Shown one piece after another: positions 1 to 9,552 of a DNA stretch of 64,000 bases. The stretch is from Candidatus Woesearchaeota archaeon. GTDB taxonomy: Archaea; Nanobdellota; Nanobdellia; Pacearchaeales; GW2011-AR1. The stretch is taken from the NCBI GenBank assembly GCA_964518625.1, contig CAZFHC010000002.1, positions 176-64,175 on the forward strand, given 5' to 3'. The translations under genes and the position numbers were made by a program. The number at the start of each line of letters is the position of its first letter. Within the stretch, counting starts at the first letter, position 1. The notes beneath the pieces were generated by a model that did not search any database, was not told where the DNA came from, and saw nothing but the letters and a program-made list of their open reading frames with translations.

Positions 1-210
1 GAAGCTTTTACTAGTGCTACTGGTGCTGGTGAAGGTCAGTTTGTATTCCAAGCATTTGAAAAGGATGGAAAAGTTGCCTTACTTGTTGCTGGATATGATG
101 CTGAAGATACTACAAAGGCTGTTAGTTATTTACTAAACAATGATCTTGATGTTACTGCTGGTGCAGCTCCTCAAATCATGACTTCAGCTACTGAAGCTAT
201 TGTTGCTTAA
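1..210 (+). CDS. 3' end of a CDS cut by the window edge; Ala/Thr/Gly-rich C-terminus, possibly a surface/S-layer-type protein
   Basis: Frame 1 is open from base 1 to TAA 208-210 (..GEGQFVFQAFEKDGKVALLVAGYDAEDTTKAVSYLLNNDLDV..TEAIVA*). It has no start in the window, so it is absent from the ORF track. Function is guessed from composition only. Confidence 0.4.
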   Translation, partial: EAFTSATGAGEGQFVFQAFEKDGKVALLVAGYDAEDTTKAVSYLLNNDLDVTAGAAPQIMTSATEAIVA

Positions 211-226
211 ACATAAATCTTAAACT

Positions 227-258
227 AAAAAGGATTTTTTCCTTTTTTTTTTTTTTTT
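227..258 (+). terminator. hairpin plus long oligo-T tract (archaeal-type terminator)
   Basis: AAAAGGA (228-234) pairs with TCCTTTT (240-246), followed by an uninterrupted T-run to 258, right after the stop at 210. Confidence 0.6.
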
Positions 259-303
259 GATATTAATCATTAATTTTATAACCTATATTTTCTCTATATT
301 CTA

Positions 304-1023
304 ATGAGAAAAGAGATAATTCACTTACAAAATGTAAAAAAATATTATTATATAGGTGAAAATATAATAAAAGCTCTTGATGGAATAGACATTGAGGTTA
401 ACCGAGGAGATTTTGTCGCAATAATGGGTCCATCTGGTTCGGGAAAATCAACAAGTATGAATATGATTGGTTCATTAGACACTCCAACATCAGGACATGT
501 ATTTTTAGATGGTGAAGATATTAGTAAACTTTCTGAAAGTAGATTAGCACAATTAAGAGGGAAAAAAATTGGATTTATATTTCAACAATTCAATCTCATA
601 CCAAACTTAACAGCAATCGAGAATGTTGCACTCCCCTTACTTTTTCAGGGAGTAGAGGAATCCAATAGACTAGAACAAGCAAAAAAACTTCTTACAATGA
701 TAGAGATGGCAGATAGAATCAATCACTATCCAAATCAACTATCCGGAGGACAACAGCAAAGAGTTGCAATTGCAAGAAGTCTTGCCAACGAACCAGAAGT
801 AATTCTAGCAGATGAACCAACAGGAAATTTAGATACAAAGACAGGTGAAATAGTAATGAATTTTTTAGATGAAATGCATACAAAAAAACGAACAATAATT
901 ATGGTAACTCACGATCCAGATTTAGCAATGGAACATGCAAATAAAATATACTGGATAATAGATGGTAAAGTACAAAAAATAACACAAAAACAAAATAATA
1001 AGTGGATAAAAGCTAAATCTTAA
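304..1023 (+). CDS. ABC transporter ATP-binding protein, MacB/LolD-like
   Basis: Walker [10 protein letters not shown], signature [15 protein letters not shown], Walker [10 protein letters not shown]-loop VTHD. Followed by two FtsX-type permeases. Confidence 0.92.
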   Translation: MRKEIIHLQNVKKYYYIGENIIKALDGIDIEVNRGDFVAIMGPSGSGKSTSMNMIGSLDTPTSGHVFLDGEDISKLSESRLAQLRGKKIGFIFQQFNLIPNLTAIENVALPLLFQGVEESNRLEQAKKLLTMIEMADRINHYPNQLSGGQQQRVAIARSLANEPEVILADEPTGNLDTKTGEIVMNFLDEMHTKKRTIIMVTHDPDLAMEHANKIYWIIDGKVQKITQKQNNKWIKAKS

Positions 1024-1032
1024 AGAGTTGTT

Positions 1033-2244
1033 ATGAAGGATTATTTTTTAATAGCATGGAGAAATTTACTTCGAAAAAAGTTAAGAAGCTGGTTAACTAT
1101 TATAGGAATATTTATTGGAATAGCAACTGTTGTAGCTCTAATAAGTTTAGGTCAAGCTTTACAAACAGCAATATCATCACAATTCTCAGATTTAGAACCA
1201 GATAAAATAACATTCAAAAATGCAGATGCAGGATACGGACCACCAGGAACAACTGCTGCAGAAGATTTAACAGACAAAGATATAAAATTAGTATCAAGAA
1301 TTTCTGGTATAAAAGAAGTTCATGGTACATATCTAGAACCAGTAACATTAGAATATAATGACGTAAGTGTTTTTACATTTGCCTCATCCATACCAATGGA
1401 AAAAACTCAACAAAATTTTGTATATAGATCATTTGACAATCCAGAAAAAGGGAATCTAATATATTCAAGTAATTCAAAAAAGGTTTTATTAGGGAATGAT
1501 TATTATGTAAATAATATATTTGGAAGAAAAATAAAGATAGGTTCAACGTTAACAATAAATGATATTGATTTTAGAGTAAATGGATTTTTATCAAAGTCTG
1601 GGTCTTATACTAAGAACGGAGCAATATATATTTTAGAAGAGGATATTGAAGAAATAACAAATCAATCAGACCAATACGATTTAATACAAATATATGCAGA
1701 AAGTGAAAATAATATAGAAGAACTCGCAGAAGAAATAAGAGAAGTTATTCGTAAAGACAGAAAAGATGAATTAGGAGACGAAAGTTTCTCAGTAGATACT
1801 GCAGGAAATAATATTCAAAGTATCAAATCAATTTTATCTATGGTTAATATAGTAGTGATAGCCATTGCATCAATCGCAATATTAATTGGGGGAATAGGTG
1901 TTGCAAATAATATGTTTACATCAGTATTAGAAAGGCGAAGCGAGATTGGAATAATGAAAGCAATCGGAGCAAAAAATAATTCTGTTATGTCTATATTCTT
2001 ATTCGAAGCAGGGTTACTAGGTCTTTTTGGTGGGATAGGAGGAACTTTATTTGGATTTTTGATATCATGGAGCGTAATAGCAATAGCTTCAATATTTCTA
2101 GGTGACGGTTTCTTAAAACTAACATTAACTCCACTAATTGTTTTAGGTCCAGCAATATTTTCATTCATAGTTGGGATAATCGCTGGGTATATTCCCGCGA
2201 AACAAGCTTCAAAACTAAATCCTGTTGATGCCTTAAGAAAATGA
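1033..2244 (+). CDS. ABC transporter permease, FtsX/MacB-like
   Basis: N-terminal TM helix, large extracytoplasmic domain, and a C-terminal FtsX module with the ERRSEIGIMKAIGAKN motif and 3 TM helices. Confidence 0.88.
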   Translation: MKDYFLIAWRNLLRKKLRSWLTIIGIFIGIATVVALISLGQALQTAISSQFSDLEPDKITFKNADAGYGPPGTTAAEDLTDKDIKLVSRISGIKEVHGTYLEPVTLEYNDVSVFTFASSIPMEKTQQNFVYRSFDNPEKGNLIYSSNSKKVLLGNDYYVNNIFGRKIKIGSTLTINDIDFRVNGFLSKSGSYTKNGAIYILEEDIEEITNQSDQYDLIQIYAESENNIEELAEEIREVIRKDRKDELGDESFSVDTAGNNIQSIKSILSMVNIVVIAIASIAILIGGIGVANNMFTSVLERRSEIGIMKAIGAKNNSVMSIFLFEAGLLGLFGGIGGTLFGFLISWSVIAIASIFLGDGFLKLTLTPLIVLGPAIFSFIVGIIAGYIPAKQASKLNPVDALRK

Positions 2245-3443
2245 ATAAACAATTTTTCAAACTATCATTTAATAATTTAAAGAATAGAAAACTAAGAAGT
2301 GGATTAACATTGCTAGGCATAGTCATTTCAGTCATGGTGATATTTGTTTTAATCTCTTTATCATTAGGTTTACAAAATGGAATAGAACAACAATTTGAGA
2401 GAATGGGAAGAGATAAAATATTTATCTATCCGACAGGAATTCCAGGAGTTGCAAGTGCATCTTCATTAACGCTAGATGACGTAGATGCAATAGAAAAAGT
2501 AAATGGAGTAAAATTGTCATTCTATGCAACAATTAATACAGCAGAAGTCTCATGGAAAGACAAAACAAGATATTTATTCACAATGGGAGTCCCAAATGAT
2601 AACAAGGAGGTAATAAATTTAGTTCAAGAAAGTTTTACAATAGAAGTAAAAGATGGAAATTTTTTTCAAAAAGGAGAATCCAATAAAATAGTATTGGGTT
2701 ACAAAATCCCAGAAGTTTTTCCAGGAATAGGAATAGGAGACAAATTATCATTAAATGATAAAAAGTATAGAGTAATAGGAATTTTAGAAACTCTTGGGAA
2801 TGATGGCGATGATAAAAGCTTGTATATTAGTTATGATGACTCAAAAGAGTTGTTTGGAAATGGTAATAACTTAGATTATTTAGGTATTCAAATTGATGAT
2901 GTAGATGACATGAAAAAAATTACATCTAGGATAGAATCAAAATTAGATAAGTTAAGAGATGTAGATGAAGAGACAAGGGATTATGTAATTCAGACACCAG
3001 AAGATTTGTTAGAAAGTTTTAATTCAATATTATCAATTCTTACAGTTTTCTTGGTTGGAATAGGTGGAATAAGCATTTTTGTAGGAGCAGTTGGAATTGC
3101 AAATACAATGTATACATCCGTCGTGGAAAGAACAAAAGAAATTGGAATAATGAAAGCAATCGGAGCAAAAAACTCTTCAATTTCTATAATCTTTTTAATT
3201 GAATCAGGTTTATTGGGTTTAATCGGTGGCCTTACGGGAATGATGGTTGGATTTGGAGTCTCGGAATTGGTGGGCTTTTTAGCATTAAAGTTAGCAGGAA
3301 CAACATACCTGCAACCAGTTTATCCAATATCAATGTTAGTTTCTCTAATATTTTTTAGTATCTTAATTGGAATAGTCAGTGGAATTCTTCCCTCAAAAAA
3401 TGCCTCAAAAACAAATATAGTTGATGCTTTACGATATGAATAA
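2241..3443 (+). CDS. ABC transporter permease, FtsX/MacB-like (paralogue of 1033-2244)
   Basis: Same architecture with the ERTKEIGIMKAIGAKN motif. ATGA start/stop overlap with the upstream permease. Confidence 0.88.
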   Translation: MNKQFFKLSFNNLKNRKLRSGLTLLGIVISVMVIFVLISLSLGLQNGIEQQFERMGRDKIFIYPTGIPGVASASSLTLDDVDAIEKVNGVKLSFYATINTAEVSWKDKTRYLFTMGVPNDNKEVINLVQESFTIEVKDGNFFQKGESNKIVLGYKIPEVFPGIGIGDKLSLNDKKYRVIGILETLGNDGDDKSLYISYDDSKELFGNGNNLDYLGIQIDDVDDMKKITSRIESKLDKLRDVDEETRDYVIQTPEDLLESFNSILSILTVFLVGIGGISIFVGAVGIANTMYTSVVERTKEIGIMKAIGAKNSSISIIFLIESGLLGLIGGLTGMMVGFGVSELVGFLALKLAGTTYLQPVYPISMLVSLIFFSILIGIVSGILPSKNASKTNIVDALRYE

Positions 3444-3518
3444 ATAGCAACCTTTATAATTTAAAATAGCCTTTATCTTTTACTAGTTTAATCTAGATAT
3501 AATTGAAAGGAGGATAAA

Positions 3519-4028
3519 ATGAAATATAATAAAAACAAAAAAGGTGTTTCAGCAATCGTTGCTACAAGTCTTATAATCTTGATTACAGTTGCCGCAATTA
3601 CAATTGTTTGGTCAGTGGTTATTCCAATGATACAAGATAGTTTACAAAGCGGTCAAGCTTGTTTAAATGCTCCAGGAGCTATTACTATTAGAACACGTAC
3701 AGGACAAACCTGGTATAACACAACATCAGATATGCTATATGTTCAAATAGAAAGAACTTCTGCGGATATTGATATTGCAAAAATCAATTTAAGAGCAATA
3801 ACTTCAGAAGGAAATGCGGAAAACATACAATTGGAAACAAGTAATGTTACGGCGTTTAAGCCTAATGGATTAGATCCAGCAGATGTTGTTGTATATAGCC
3901 AAGATTTTAGTGAAGATAATGAGACAGTTATAGTCTCAGTAGAAATAAGTCCAGTTATAGTAACGGGTGCAAAAGAATATTCTTGTTCAGATGCGGTTGC
4001 TAGAGCAGAAATAGAATCATTCGAATAA
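3519..4028 (+). CDS. archaeal type IV pilin-like protein (class III signal peptide)
   Basis: N-terminus MKYNKNKKG|VSAIVATSLIILITVAAITIV matches the archaeal flagellin/pilin N-terminal pattern (K-G then a hydrophobic helix). GGAGG-like site at 3508-3513. Hairpin/T-run terminator downstream. Confidence 0.75.
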   Translation: MKYNKNKKGVSAIVATSLIILITVAAITIVWSVVIPMIQDSLQSGQACLNAPGAITIRTRTGQTWYNTTSDMLYVQIERTSADIDIAKINLRAITSEGNAENIQLETSNVTAFKPNGLDPADVVVYSQDFSEDNETVIVSVEISPVIVTGAKEYSCSDAVARAEIESFE

Positions 4029-4068
4029 AAAGGGTAATCCCCTTTTTTTATTTTTTATTTTTTTAAGT
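4027..4068 (+). terminator. short GC hairpin plus T-runs
   Basis: aaaaGGGtaatCCCCttttttt followed by further T-runs immediately after the pilin stop. Confidence 0.5.
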
Positions 4069-4101
4069 TAAATATTTAAATAGATTTCTCCTCGTTAAAA
4101 T

Positions 4102-4641
4102 ATGAGGTGTAAGTTTAATTCTATTCGCAATAAGAAGGCTCAAGTTTGGGTTGAAACAGTTATCTATACATTGGTGGGATTATCTATATTAGGATTATTA
4201 TTAGTCTCGACAAAACCAAAGTTAGATAAGATGAAAGACGAATCATTGATTAATCAAGCAATAGAAAGTTTTGGAATAATTAATGAAAAAGTTTACGAAG
4301 CAGCTCAAACAACAGGAATGAGAGTAAAATATGATTTAAAAATAGGAAAAGGAACATTTGTTATCGATGCAGAAGAAGATATACTCTATTGGAGAATCCC
4401 ATCTTCGCTAAAATATAGTGAAGAAAATATAGCAGTAGAACTTGGTTCAACAATGTCTATCAAGACAGTGCAAGGGGACCCATGGTTAGTAGAAGTATCA
4501 ATGCCATATAATTTTGATATTCAATATGATGGGAAAAATGAAGTAAAAGAATTTATAGAAGCTGGTAATATGTATAGTTTTACAATAGAGAATGAAGGTT
4601 CAAATTTAAGAAGATTACAACTAAATTTTAAGGAAATATAA
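4102..4641 (+). CDS. class III signal peptide (prepilin-like) protein
   Basis: N-terminus ..IRNKKA|QVWVETVIYTLVGLSILGLLL has a basic stretch, small residue, Gln, Glu at +5 and a hydrophobic helix, as in EppA/PibD-type substrates. Confidence 0.6.
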   Translation: MRCKFNSIRNKKAQVWVETVIYTLVGLSILGLLLVSTKPKLDKMKDESLINQAIESFGIINEKVYEAAQTTGMRVKYDLKIGKGTFVIDAEEDILYWRIPSSLKYSEENIAVELGSTMSIKTVQGDPWLVEVSMPYNFDIQYDGKNEVKEFIEAGNMYSFTIENEGSNLRRLQLNFKEI

Positions 4642-4642
4642 A

Positions 4643-6175
4643 ATGAAAAAAATACAAATTAATCTAAATCCAACTGTCCCATCTATCCCAAAATTTGAAG
4701 ATAAAACTCAAATAAATGTTCGTTATATGGTGCTTTCTCCTTATGTTTCCATACATATTTATTGGGATCCAAAAATTTCCGAAGTTGTATATGAAGTAGA
4801 AGAACCAATCCTAAACCAAGAAGAAACAGAATTACTACAAAAGTTAGAAATTTACTTAAGGGAAAAAATAAATTTTAATATGACGGAAGAACATAAGACA
4901 AAAGAATCTCTTATTGATTATATTGAAGAAAAGTCAATGTCCACGATAAAAGAATTAGGAATAAAAGTAGATGATGATTTATATCAAAGAATTTTTTATT
5001 ATTTATACAGAGATTTTATTGGATTAAATGAAGCAGAACCATTGATTAGAGATTATTTTATTGAAGATATAGAATGTAACGGAGCTGGAGAACCAATTTA
5101 TATTGTTCATCGAGTATTTAGAAATATTAAAACAAATATTATTTTCAAATCGATAGAAGGATTGGCAAACTTCGTAGAAAAATTAGCACAAAAAACAGGT
5201 AGATACATCTCATATGCATCACCAATTTTAGATGGAAGTTTACCGGATGGAAGCAGAGTAAACGCAACATATACTAAAGATATCACAAGTAAAGGTCCAA
5301 CATTTACAATAAGGAAGTTTACAAAAGTGCCATGGACTCCAATACAACTAGTAAGCTTTAATTCAATAAGTCCAGAAATGTTAGCGTATTTTTGGTTAGC
5401 GTTGGAATATAATGCAAACATAATGATAGTTGGAGGAACGGCTTCAGGAAAAACTACTTTATTAAATGCAATAGCCTTTTTTATCCCACCAGAAAAAAGA
5501 GTTGTCTCAATAGAAGATACAAGAGAATTGAATCTTCCAAGAGAAAACTGGCTCCCAAGTGTAGTTCGTTCAGGGATGTCTAGTGGAGGAGCTGGAGAAA
5601 TTGATATGTTTAGTTTATTAAAAAGTTCTTTTAGACAAAATCCGGATTATGTAATTGTAGGTGAAGTTAGAGGGAAAGAAGCATCAGTATTATTTCAGGG
5701 GATGGCATCAGGTCATTCTTCTATGTCAACATTGCATGCAGATTCAGTCCAAGCAATAGTGAACAGATTGTCAACTCCACCAATTTCACTAAGTCCAACA
5801 TTGATAAATTCATTAGATATTGTGGCAATACAAACTCATGCAATTGTTGGTGGACATGAAACACGTCGTCTTAGAGAAATAGTAGAAGTTAAAAATATTA
5901 ATACAGATGGGACATTCGTAACAAATACTCCATTTAAGTGGAATCCAGCAGATGATAAATTTTATTCTCAATCACAAAGTATCTTTTTTAAAAAGATTTC
6001 AGAAAAATTTGGAATATCATTAGAAAATCTAATAAAAGAATATGAGAGAAGAAAGCAATTAATACATATTTTACATAATCAAAAAATAATAGGGTATGAT
6101 GAAGTACAAAAGGTGATTAATGAGTATTCGAAAACCCCAAAACCTGTTCTAAATAGGCTAGGAATATCAATTTAA
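4643..6175 (+). CDS. type II/IV secretion system ATPase, FlaI/ArlI-PilB family
   Basis: Walker A GGTASGKTT, VSIEDTRELNL, DYVIVGEVRGKEA and a His-box region (SGHSSMSTLHA). The N-terminal domain (..VVYEVEEPILNQEE..) is typical of archaeal FlaI-like ATPases. Confidence 0.88.
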   Translation: MKKIQINLNPTVPSIPKFEDKTQINVRYMVLSPYVSIHIYWDPKISEVVYEVEEPILNQEETELLQKLEIYLREKINFNMTEEHKTKESLIDYIEEKSMSTIKELGIKVDDDLYQRIFYYLYRDFIGLNEAEPLIRDYFIEDIECNGAGEPIYIVHRVFRNIKTNIIFKSIEGLANFVEKLAQKTGRYISYASPILDGSLPDGSRVNATYTKDITSKGPTFTIRKFTKVPWTPIQLVSFNSISPEMLAYFWLALEYNANIMIVGGTASGKTTLLNAIAFFIPPEKRVVSIEDTRELNLPRENWLPSVVRSGMSSGGAGEIDMFSLLKSSFRQNPDYVIVGEVRGKEASVLFQGMASGHSSMSTLHADSVQAIVNRLSTPPISLSPTLINSLDIVAIQTHAIVGGHETRRLREIVEVKNINTDGTFVTNTPFKWNPADDKFYSQSQSIFFKKISEKFGISLENLIKEYERRKQLIHILHNQKIIGYDEVQKVINEYSKTPKPVLNRLGISI

Positions 6176-6610
6176 TAAAATTTTCTTTACTTCATCCATA
6201 AAAGAATCTACTTTAGTAGAGTATTCACCAAGCAGTTCCATATTAATATTTGTTATCTTAGTTGGTTCTTTTATTTTTAATGTAACATGTTTTCTAAATT
6301 CACATTCTCGAGCTTTCTGTAAATCAGGAACTCTTTTAAAGAAAATATACATTGGAATAATCTCTTGAATAGAAGGTATTTCACTAAAATATTTTTTCAT
6401 AAATTCTATTCTTTGTTTTGGAGAGATAGGAAGCTCTGGAATTTTTTCCAATTCATTATATTTTTCAATAAGACCATCAAAACTCCTTTCAATCAAACTT
6501 TTCCATCTAGCAAGAAGATTCAGAATAACATCACAGGTCTTCGTGTACTTTAAACTCACATATAATAAATGGTCAGCACTTGTTTTTTCTTTAATAATTT
6601 CTTCTATCAT
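6167..6610 (-). CDS. hypothetical protein (soluble, helical)
   Basis: 147-aa ORF with a clean coding look. Convergent with the ATPase, overlapping it by 9 nt. No motif recognised. Confidence 0.5.
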   Translation of the reverse strand: MIEEIIKEKTSADHLLYVSLKYTKTCDVILNLLARWKSLIERSFDGLIEKYNELEKIPELPISPKQRIEFMKKYFSEIPSIQEIIPMYIFFKRVPDLQKARECEFRKHVTLKIKEPTKITNINMELLGEYSTKVDSFMDEVKKILLN

Positions 6611-6667
6611 AATCCAGCTAGTAAATTTAAATTAAGGCAGCTAAGGTATTGGAAGCATTACTCCTTT

Positions 6668-7498
6668 TTATACCTTTTTATTTTTACGACATTTCTTTTT
6701 ATAGAAAATAAATCCAAGAATTAATATCACAATTAATAAAATCCAAAGAAAAGAAAAATTATTTTTATCAGAAAGTAAAGTAAAATTTCCTAAATTTAAA
6801 TTAATTGTTTGTTCAATAGTTCTTCTTGTATTTGTAATATCTGAATAATGAATAATTAAATCAATCTTATTTTTTTCTGAAGATATTTTAAAATCAGAAG
6901 TAGTTGCCTCGTTAGAGGATAAATCTCCAACATTTTCCCTAGTTGCTCCATAAATTTGAATCATTTCTTGAGTTGGAACCTCTAGAGTAACAGCTTCTAT
7001 ATCTTCACTTCCAATATTTAGAATTTCAAATGAAATGGTTTCTGTTGCTAAATCATAATCCTCAACAAAAATTTCGAAATTAGCTCTAATATCTCTAATC
7101 TCTACATTAAACATTCTCTCTACATTATTATATTTTATTTTAATAGGAGTTTCTCCATTAAGAGCATCTTCATCTATTCTAACTTTAAAAGGAGCCATAA
7201 AAGCACTATTATAATCCTTAGTATAAGTTCCAGATTTTATTTCATAAATAGAATTTGAAGAAGGATCTATGGAAAAGGGGAACTCTTCCACTAATTCAAT
7301 TCTAATATCACCACATTCGGAGGATGCAATCCCATCAACTTGGAATACAACTTTCAAAGAATCTCCAGGAACAGCAGGATAGGGATCTTGATTTAATAAA
7401 GAAACATCTATATCACATATATCAGCAGCCAAAACATTATTCAAAGCAATTAAACAAATAAGAACAGCGAATGTAAATACCAACTTTTTCATAATCAC
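6668..7498 (-). CDS. secreted, C-terminally membrane-anchored beta-rich surface protein (COG1361/CARDB-like)
   Basis: Signal peptide MIMKKLVFTFAVLICLIALNNVLA. The LLNQDPYPAVPGDSLKVVFQV pattern is typical of the archaeal S-layer-domain family. C-terminal TM FLWILLIVILILGFIF followed by a basic tail. Confidence 0.6.
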   Translation of the reverse strand: MIMKKLVFTFAVLICLIALNNVLAADICDIDVSLLNQDPYPAVPGDSLKVVFQVDGIASSECGDIRIELVEEFPFSIDPSSNSIYEIKSGTYTKDYNSAFMAPFKVRIDEDALNGETPIKIKYNNVERMFNVEIRDIRANFEIFVEDYDLATETISFEILNIGSEDIEAVTLEVPTQEMIQIYGATRENVGDLSSNEATTSDFKISSEKNKIDLIIHYSDITNTRRTIEQTINLNLGNFTLLSDKNNFSFLWILLIVILILGFIFYKKKCRKNKKV

Positions 7499-7593
7499 TT
7501 AATACTTTTATTGTTTTTAAAGATTCCGATAAAATATAATAGTAGAATTCATATAAACTTAAAAAGACAATCAACATTTCTAGCTAAAAGAGA

Positions 7594-7875
7594 ATGGCAA
7601 AAAAATGTATTTATTGTTCTACTGAAATTAATAAAAATTCTGTCGTAGACATGTGTGATCGTTGTATGTATCAAGTCTGGGGTGAAAAAATGGCAAAAGC
7701 AATAGTAGAGAATATGGAAAGAGAAAGAGATGTAGGTAATCTGGAACTTGGAAGAGTAGGGGAATCAAAGGATCTATCAGTAGAAATAAAGAAAAAAATG
7801 CAAATAGTTGATTTCAAAGATAATAAAATGCAAGATTTAAGTCACCAAGATTTAACAGAAATAGATAAGTTTTAA
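7594..7875 (+). CDS. hypothetical small zinc-ribbon protein
   Basis: CIYC...CDRC pair near the N-terminus. 93 aa with no further recognition. Confidence 0.45.
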   Translation: MAKKCIYCSTEINKNSVVDMCDRCMYQVWGEKMAKAIVENMERERDVGNLELGRVGESKDLSVEIKKKMQIVDFKDNKMQDLSHQDLTEIDKF

Positions 7876-7987
7876 CAAAGAAAGTAATAAAAAGATTTTT
7901 AAAGGGTTATTCTTTCCAATGATTAGGATAGCAAATGTCCGAGTTGTAACACAGCGAGAAATAATTCTCAGTTGTTCAAATATTAAT

Positions 7988-8236
7988 ATGGTAAGAGGAA
8001 AAAGAATCAGAAAAAAAGGAAAGATAAGCTTTAGTGAATACTTCAAAAAATTAGCTAAAGGAGATAAAGTAGCAATCGTAATGGAAAGAGCAGTACGAGT
8101 AGCATTCCCAAAAAGATTACAAGGAAGAACGGGAACGGTAGTAGGAGAGAGAGGAAAATTCAAAATAATAGAACTTAAAGATAAAAATAAATTAAAAATG
8201 TATATTATTCATCCAGTACATTTAAAAAAAATATAA
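7988..8236 (+). CDS. rpl21e: 50S ribosomal protein L21e
   Basis: MVRGKRIRKKGKISFSEYFKKLAKGDKVAIV..LQGRTGTVVG.. is L21e-like. I chose the internal ATG at 7988 instead of the track start at 7919. Conserved L21e-RpoF-DUF655 order. Confidence 0.88.
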   Translation: MVRGKRIRKKGKISFSEYFKKLAKGDKVAIVMERAVRVAFPKRLQGRTGTVVGERGKFKIIELKDKNKLKMYIIHPVHLKKI

Positions 8237-8538
8237 TGGCAATAAAAGAAGAAAAACCACTAACAATGTCAGAAGTAGTAAGTATAATTAGAGATACAGA
8301 AAAGACAAAGATAGTTAAGGAATTTATTAAACAATTTGACGTTATCGATTTAGAAAAAGCAATGGAGCTAAAAGAAAAATTAACAAATTTAGAATTATTG
8401 AAGTTAAAAGAACAACATATAATAAAAATAGTAGATTTTATGCCAAAAGAGGCCACAGAATTAAATAAAGTTCTTAGCGATGTTAATCTAGATGCAGATG
8501 AGATTAACAAAGTCTTAGAAGTTACTAGGAAATATTAA
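8236..8538 (+). CDS. rpoF: DNA-directed RNA polymerase subunit F (Rpo4)
   Basis: Size, position after L21e and the helical C-terminal pattern (..KAMELKEKL..IKIVDFMPKEATEL..) fit Rpo4/RpoF. Confidence 0.7.
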   Translation: MAIKEEKPLTMSEVVSIIRDTEKTKIVKEFIKQFDVIDLEKAMELKEKLTNLELLKLKEQHIIKIVDFMPKEATELNKVLSDVNLDADEINKVLEVTRKY

Positions 8539-8542
8539 TCCT

Positions 8543-9079
8543 ATGGTAAGAGAAGAGAATGCAATAGTATTAGACTTTTTAGCATATGGTTATCCATTAG
8601 AAAAAAAAATGCTCCCAATAGCTCAAGCAATAGGTGAAGAAAATTTTACTCTTTTACAATTAGTTCCAAGAAGAGGAATAAAATTTGAAGTAGGAGAAGT
8701 TGCTTATATAGGAGAAGGCAAAAGAGAAAAAGTTCAATATATATTAGGAAGATGTCCCAGAGAAAAATTAACAGAAACATCAAAAATCCAATTATCAGAA
8801 TTTGTTGAAAAATCAGTAGAAGAAAAAGAAGAAAAATTTGTAAAATTTTTCAATGAAGCACAACCTATAAATACTCGACTTCATCAATTTGAATTAATCC
8901 CTGGCTTCGGGAAAAAACATACAAGTGCAATTTTAGAAGCAAGAGAAGAAAAACCTTTTGAATCCTTTAAGGATATAAAGGAAAGAGTTCATAATATTCC
9001 AGATCCTAAAAAAGGAGTAGAAAAAAGAATAATGGAAGAATTAACCGAGATACAAAGACATAATTTGTTTATAGAATAA
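8543..9079 (+). CDS. DUF655/COG1491 nucleic-acid-binding protein (OB + HhH)
   Basis: N-terminal EENAIVLDFLAYGYP, later RLHQFELIPGFGKKHTSAILEAR. Conserved partner of L21e/RpoF in archaea. Confidence 0.8.
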   Translation: MVREENAIVLDFLAYGYPLEKKMLPIAQAIGEENFTLLQLVPRRGIKFEVGEVAYIGEGKREKVQYILGRCPREKLTETSKIQLSEFVEKSVEEKEEKFVKFFNEAQPINTRLHQFELIPGFGKKHTSAILEAREEKPFESFKDIKERVHNIPDPKKGVEKRIMEELTEIQRHNLFIE

Positions 9080-9080
9080 A

Positions 9081-9548
9081 ATGGCAGGAAAAGGACACAA
9101 CACACAAGAGCAAGATTATGAATTAGTTAGATTACTAGGAAAAGACATTCGTGGTAGTAAAAAACTATTTGCAGGTTTGACATTAGTAAAAGGTGTAAAT
9201 TGGGCAATTGCAAATGCGATATGTAAGATTACAGGATTAAGTAAAAGTAAACAAATCGGAGATTTGACGCCAGAAGAAATTAAACAATTAGAAGAATTCA
9301 TGAGTAATCCAACAATACCTTCATATTTAAAGAATAGAAGAAATGATTTTGATACAGGAGAAGATAGTCATCTTTTCGGTGCAGATTTAAGTTTAAAAAA
9401 GGAATTTGATATTAAGAGACTTAAAAAAATAAGATGTTACAAAGGATTACGACATACTGTAAACCTTCCAGTAAGAGGACAGAGAACTAAATCTAATTTT
9501 AGACCAAACAGAAGAAAGAGCGGTGCTGTTGGTTCTAAGAAGAAGTAA
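9081..9548 (+). CDS. rps13: 30S ribosomal protein S13 (uS13)
   Basis: ..LVRLLGKDIRG..ALT.VKGV...A..IC.. and C-terminal RGQRTKSN are typical. Heads the S13-S4-S11-RpoD cluster. Confidence 0.92.
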   Translation: MAGKGHNTQEQDYELVRLLGKDIRGSKKLFAGLTLVKGVNWAIANAICKITGLSKSKQIGDLTPEEIKQLEEFMSNPTIPSYLKNRRNDFDTGEDSHLFGADLSLKKEFDIKRLKKIRCYKGLRHTVNLPVRGQRTKSNFRPNRRKSGAVGSKKK

Positions 9549-9552
9549 TAAA

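Noticed and set aside
1815-2252. 145-aa minus-strand ORF (also 1373-1555 and 5107-5421)
   Set aside because: It lies entirely antisense to well-supported genes (FtsX permease, pilus ATPase). Its low-complexity hydrophobic translation is typical of shadow ORFs in AT-rich DNA.
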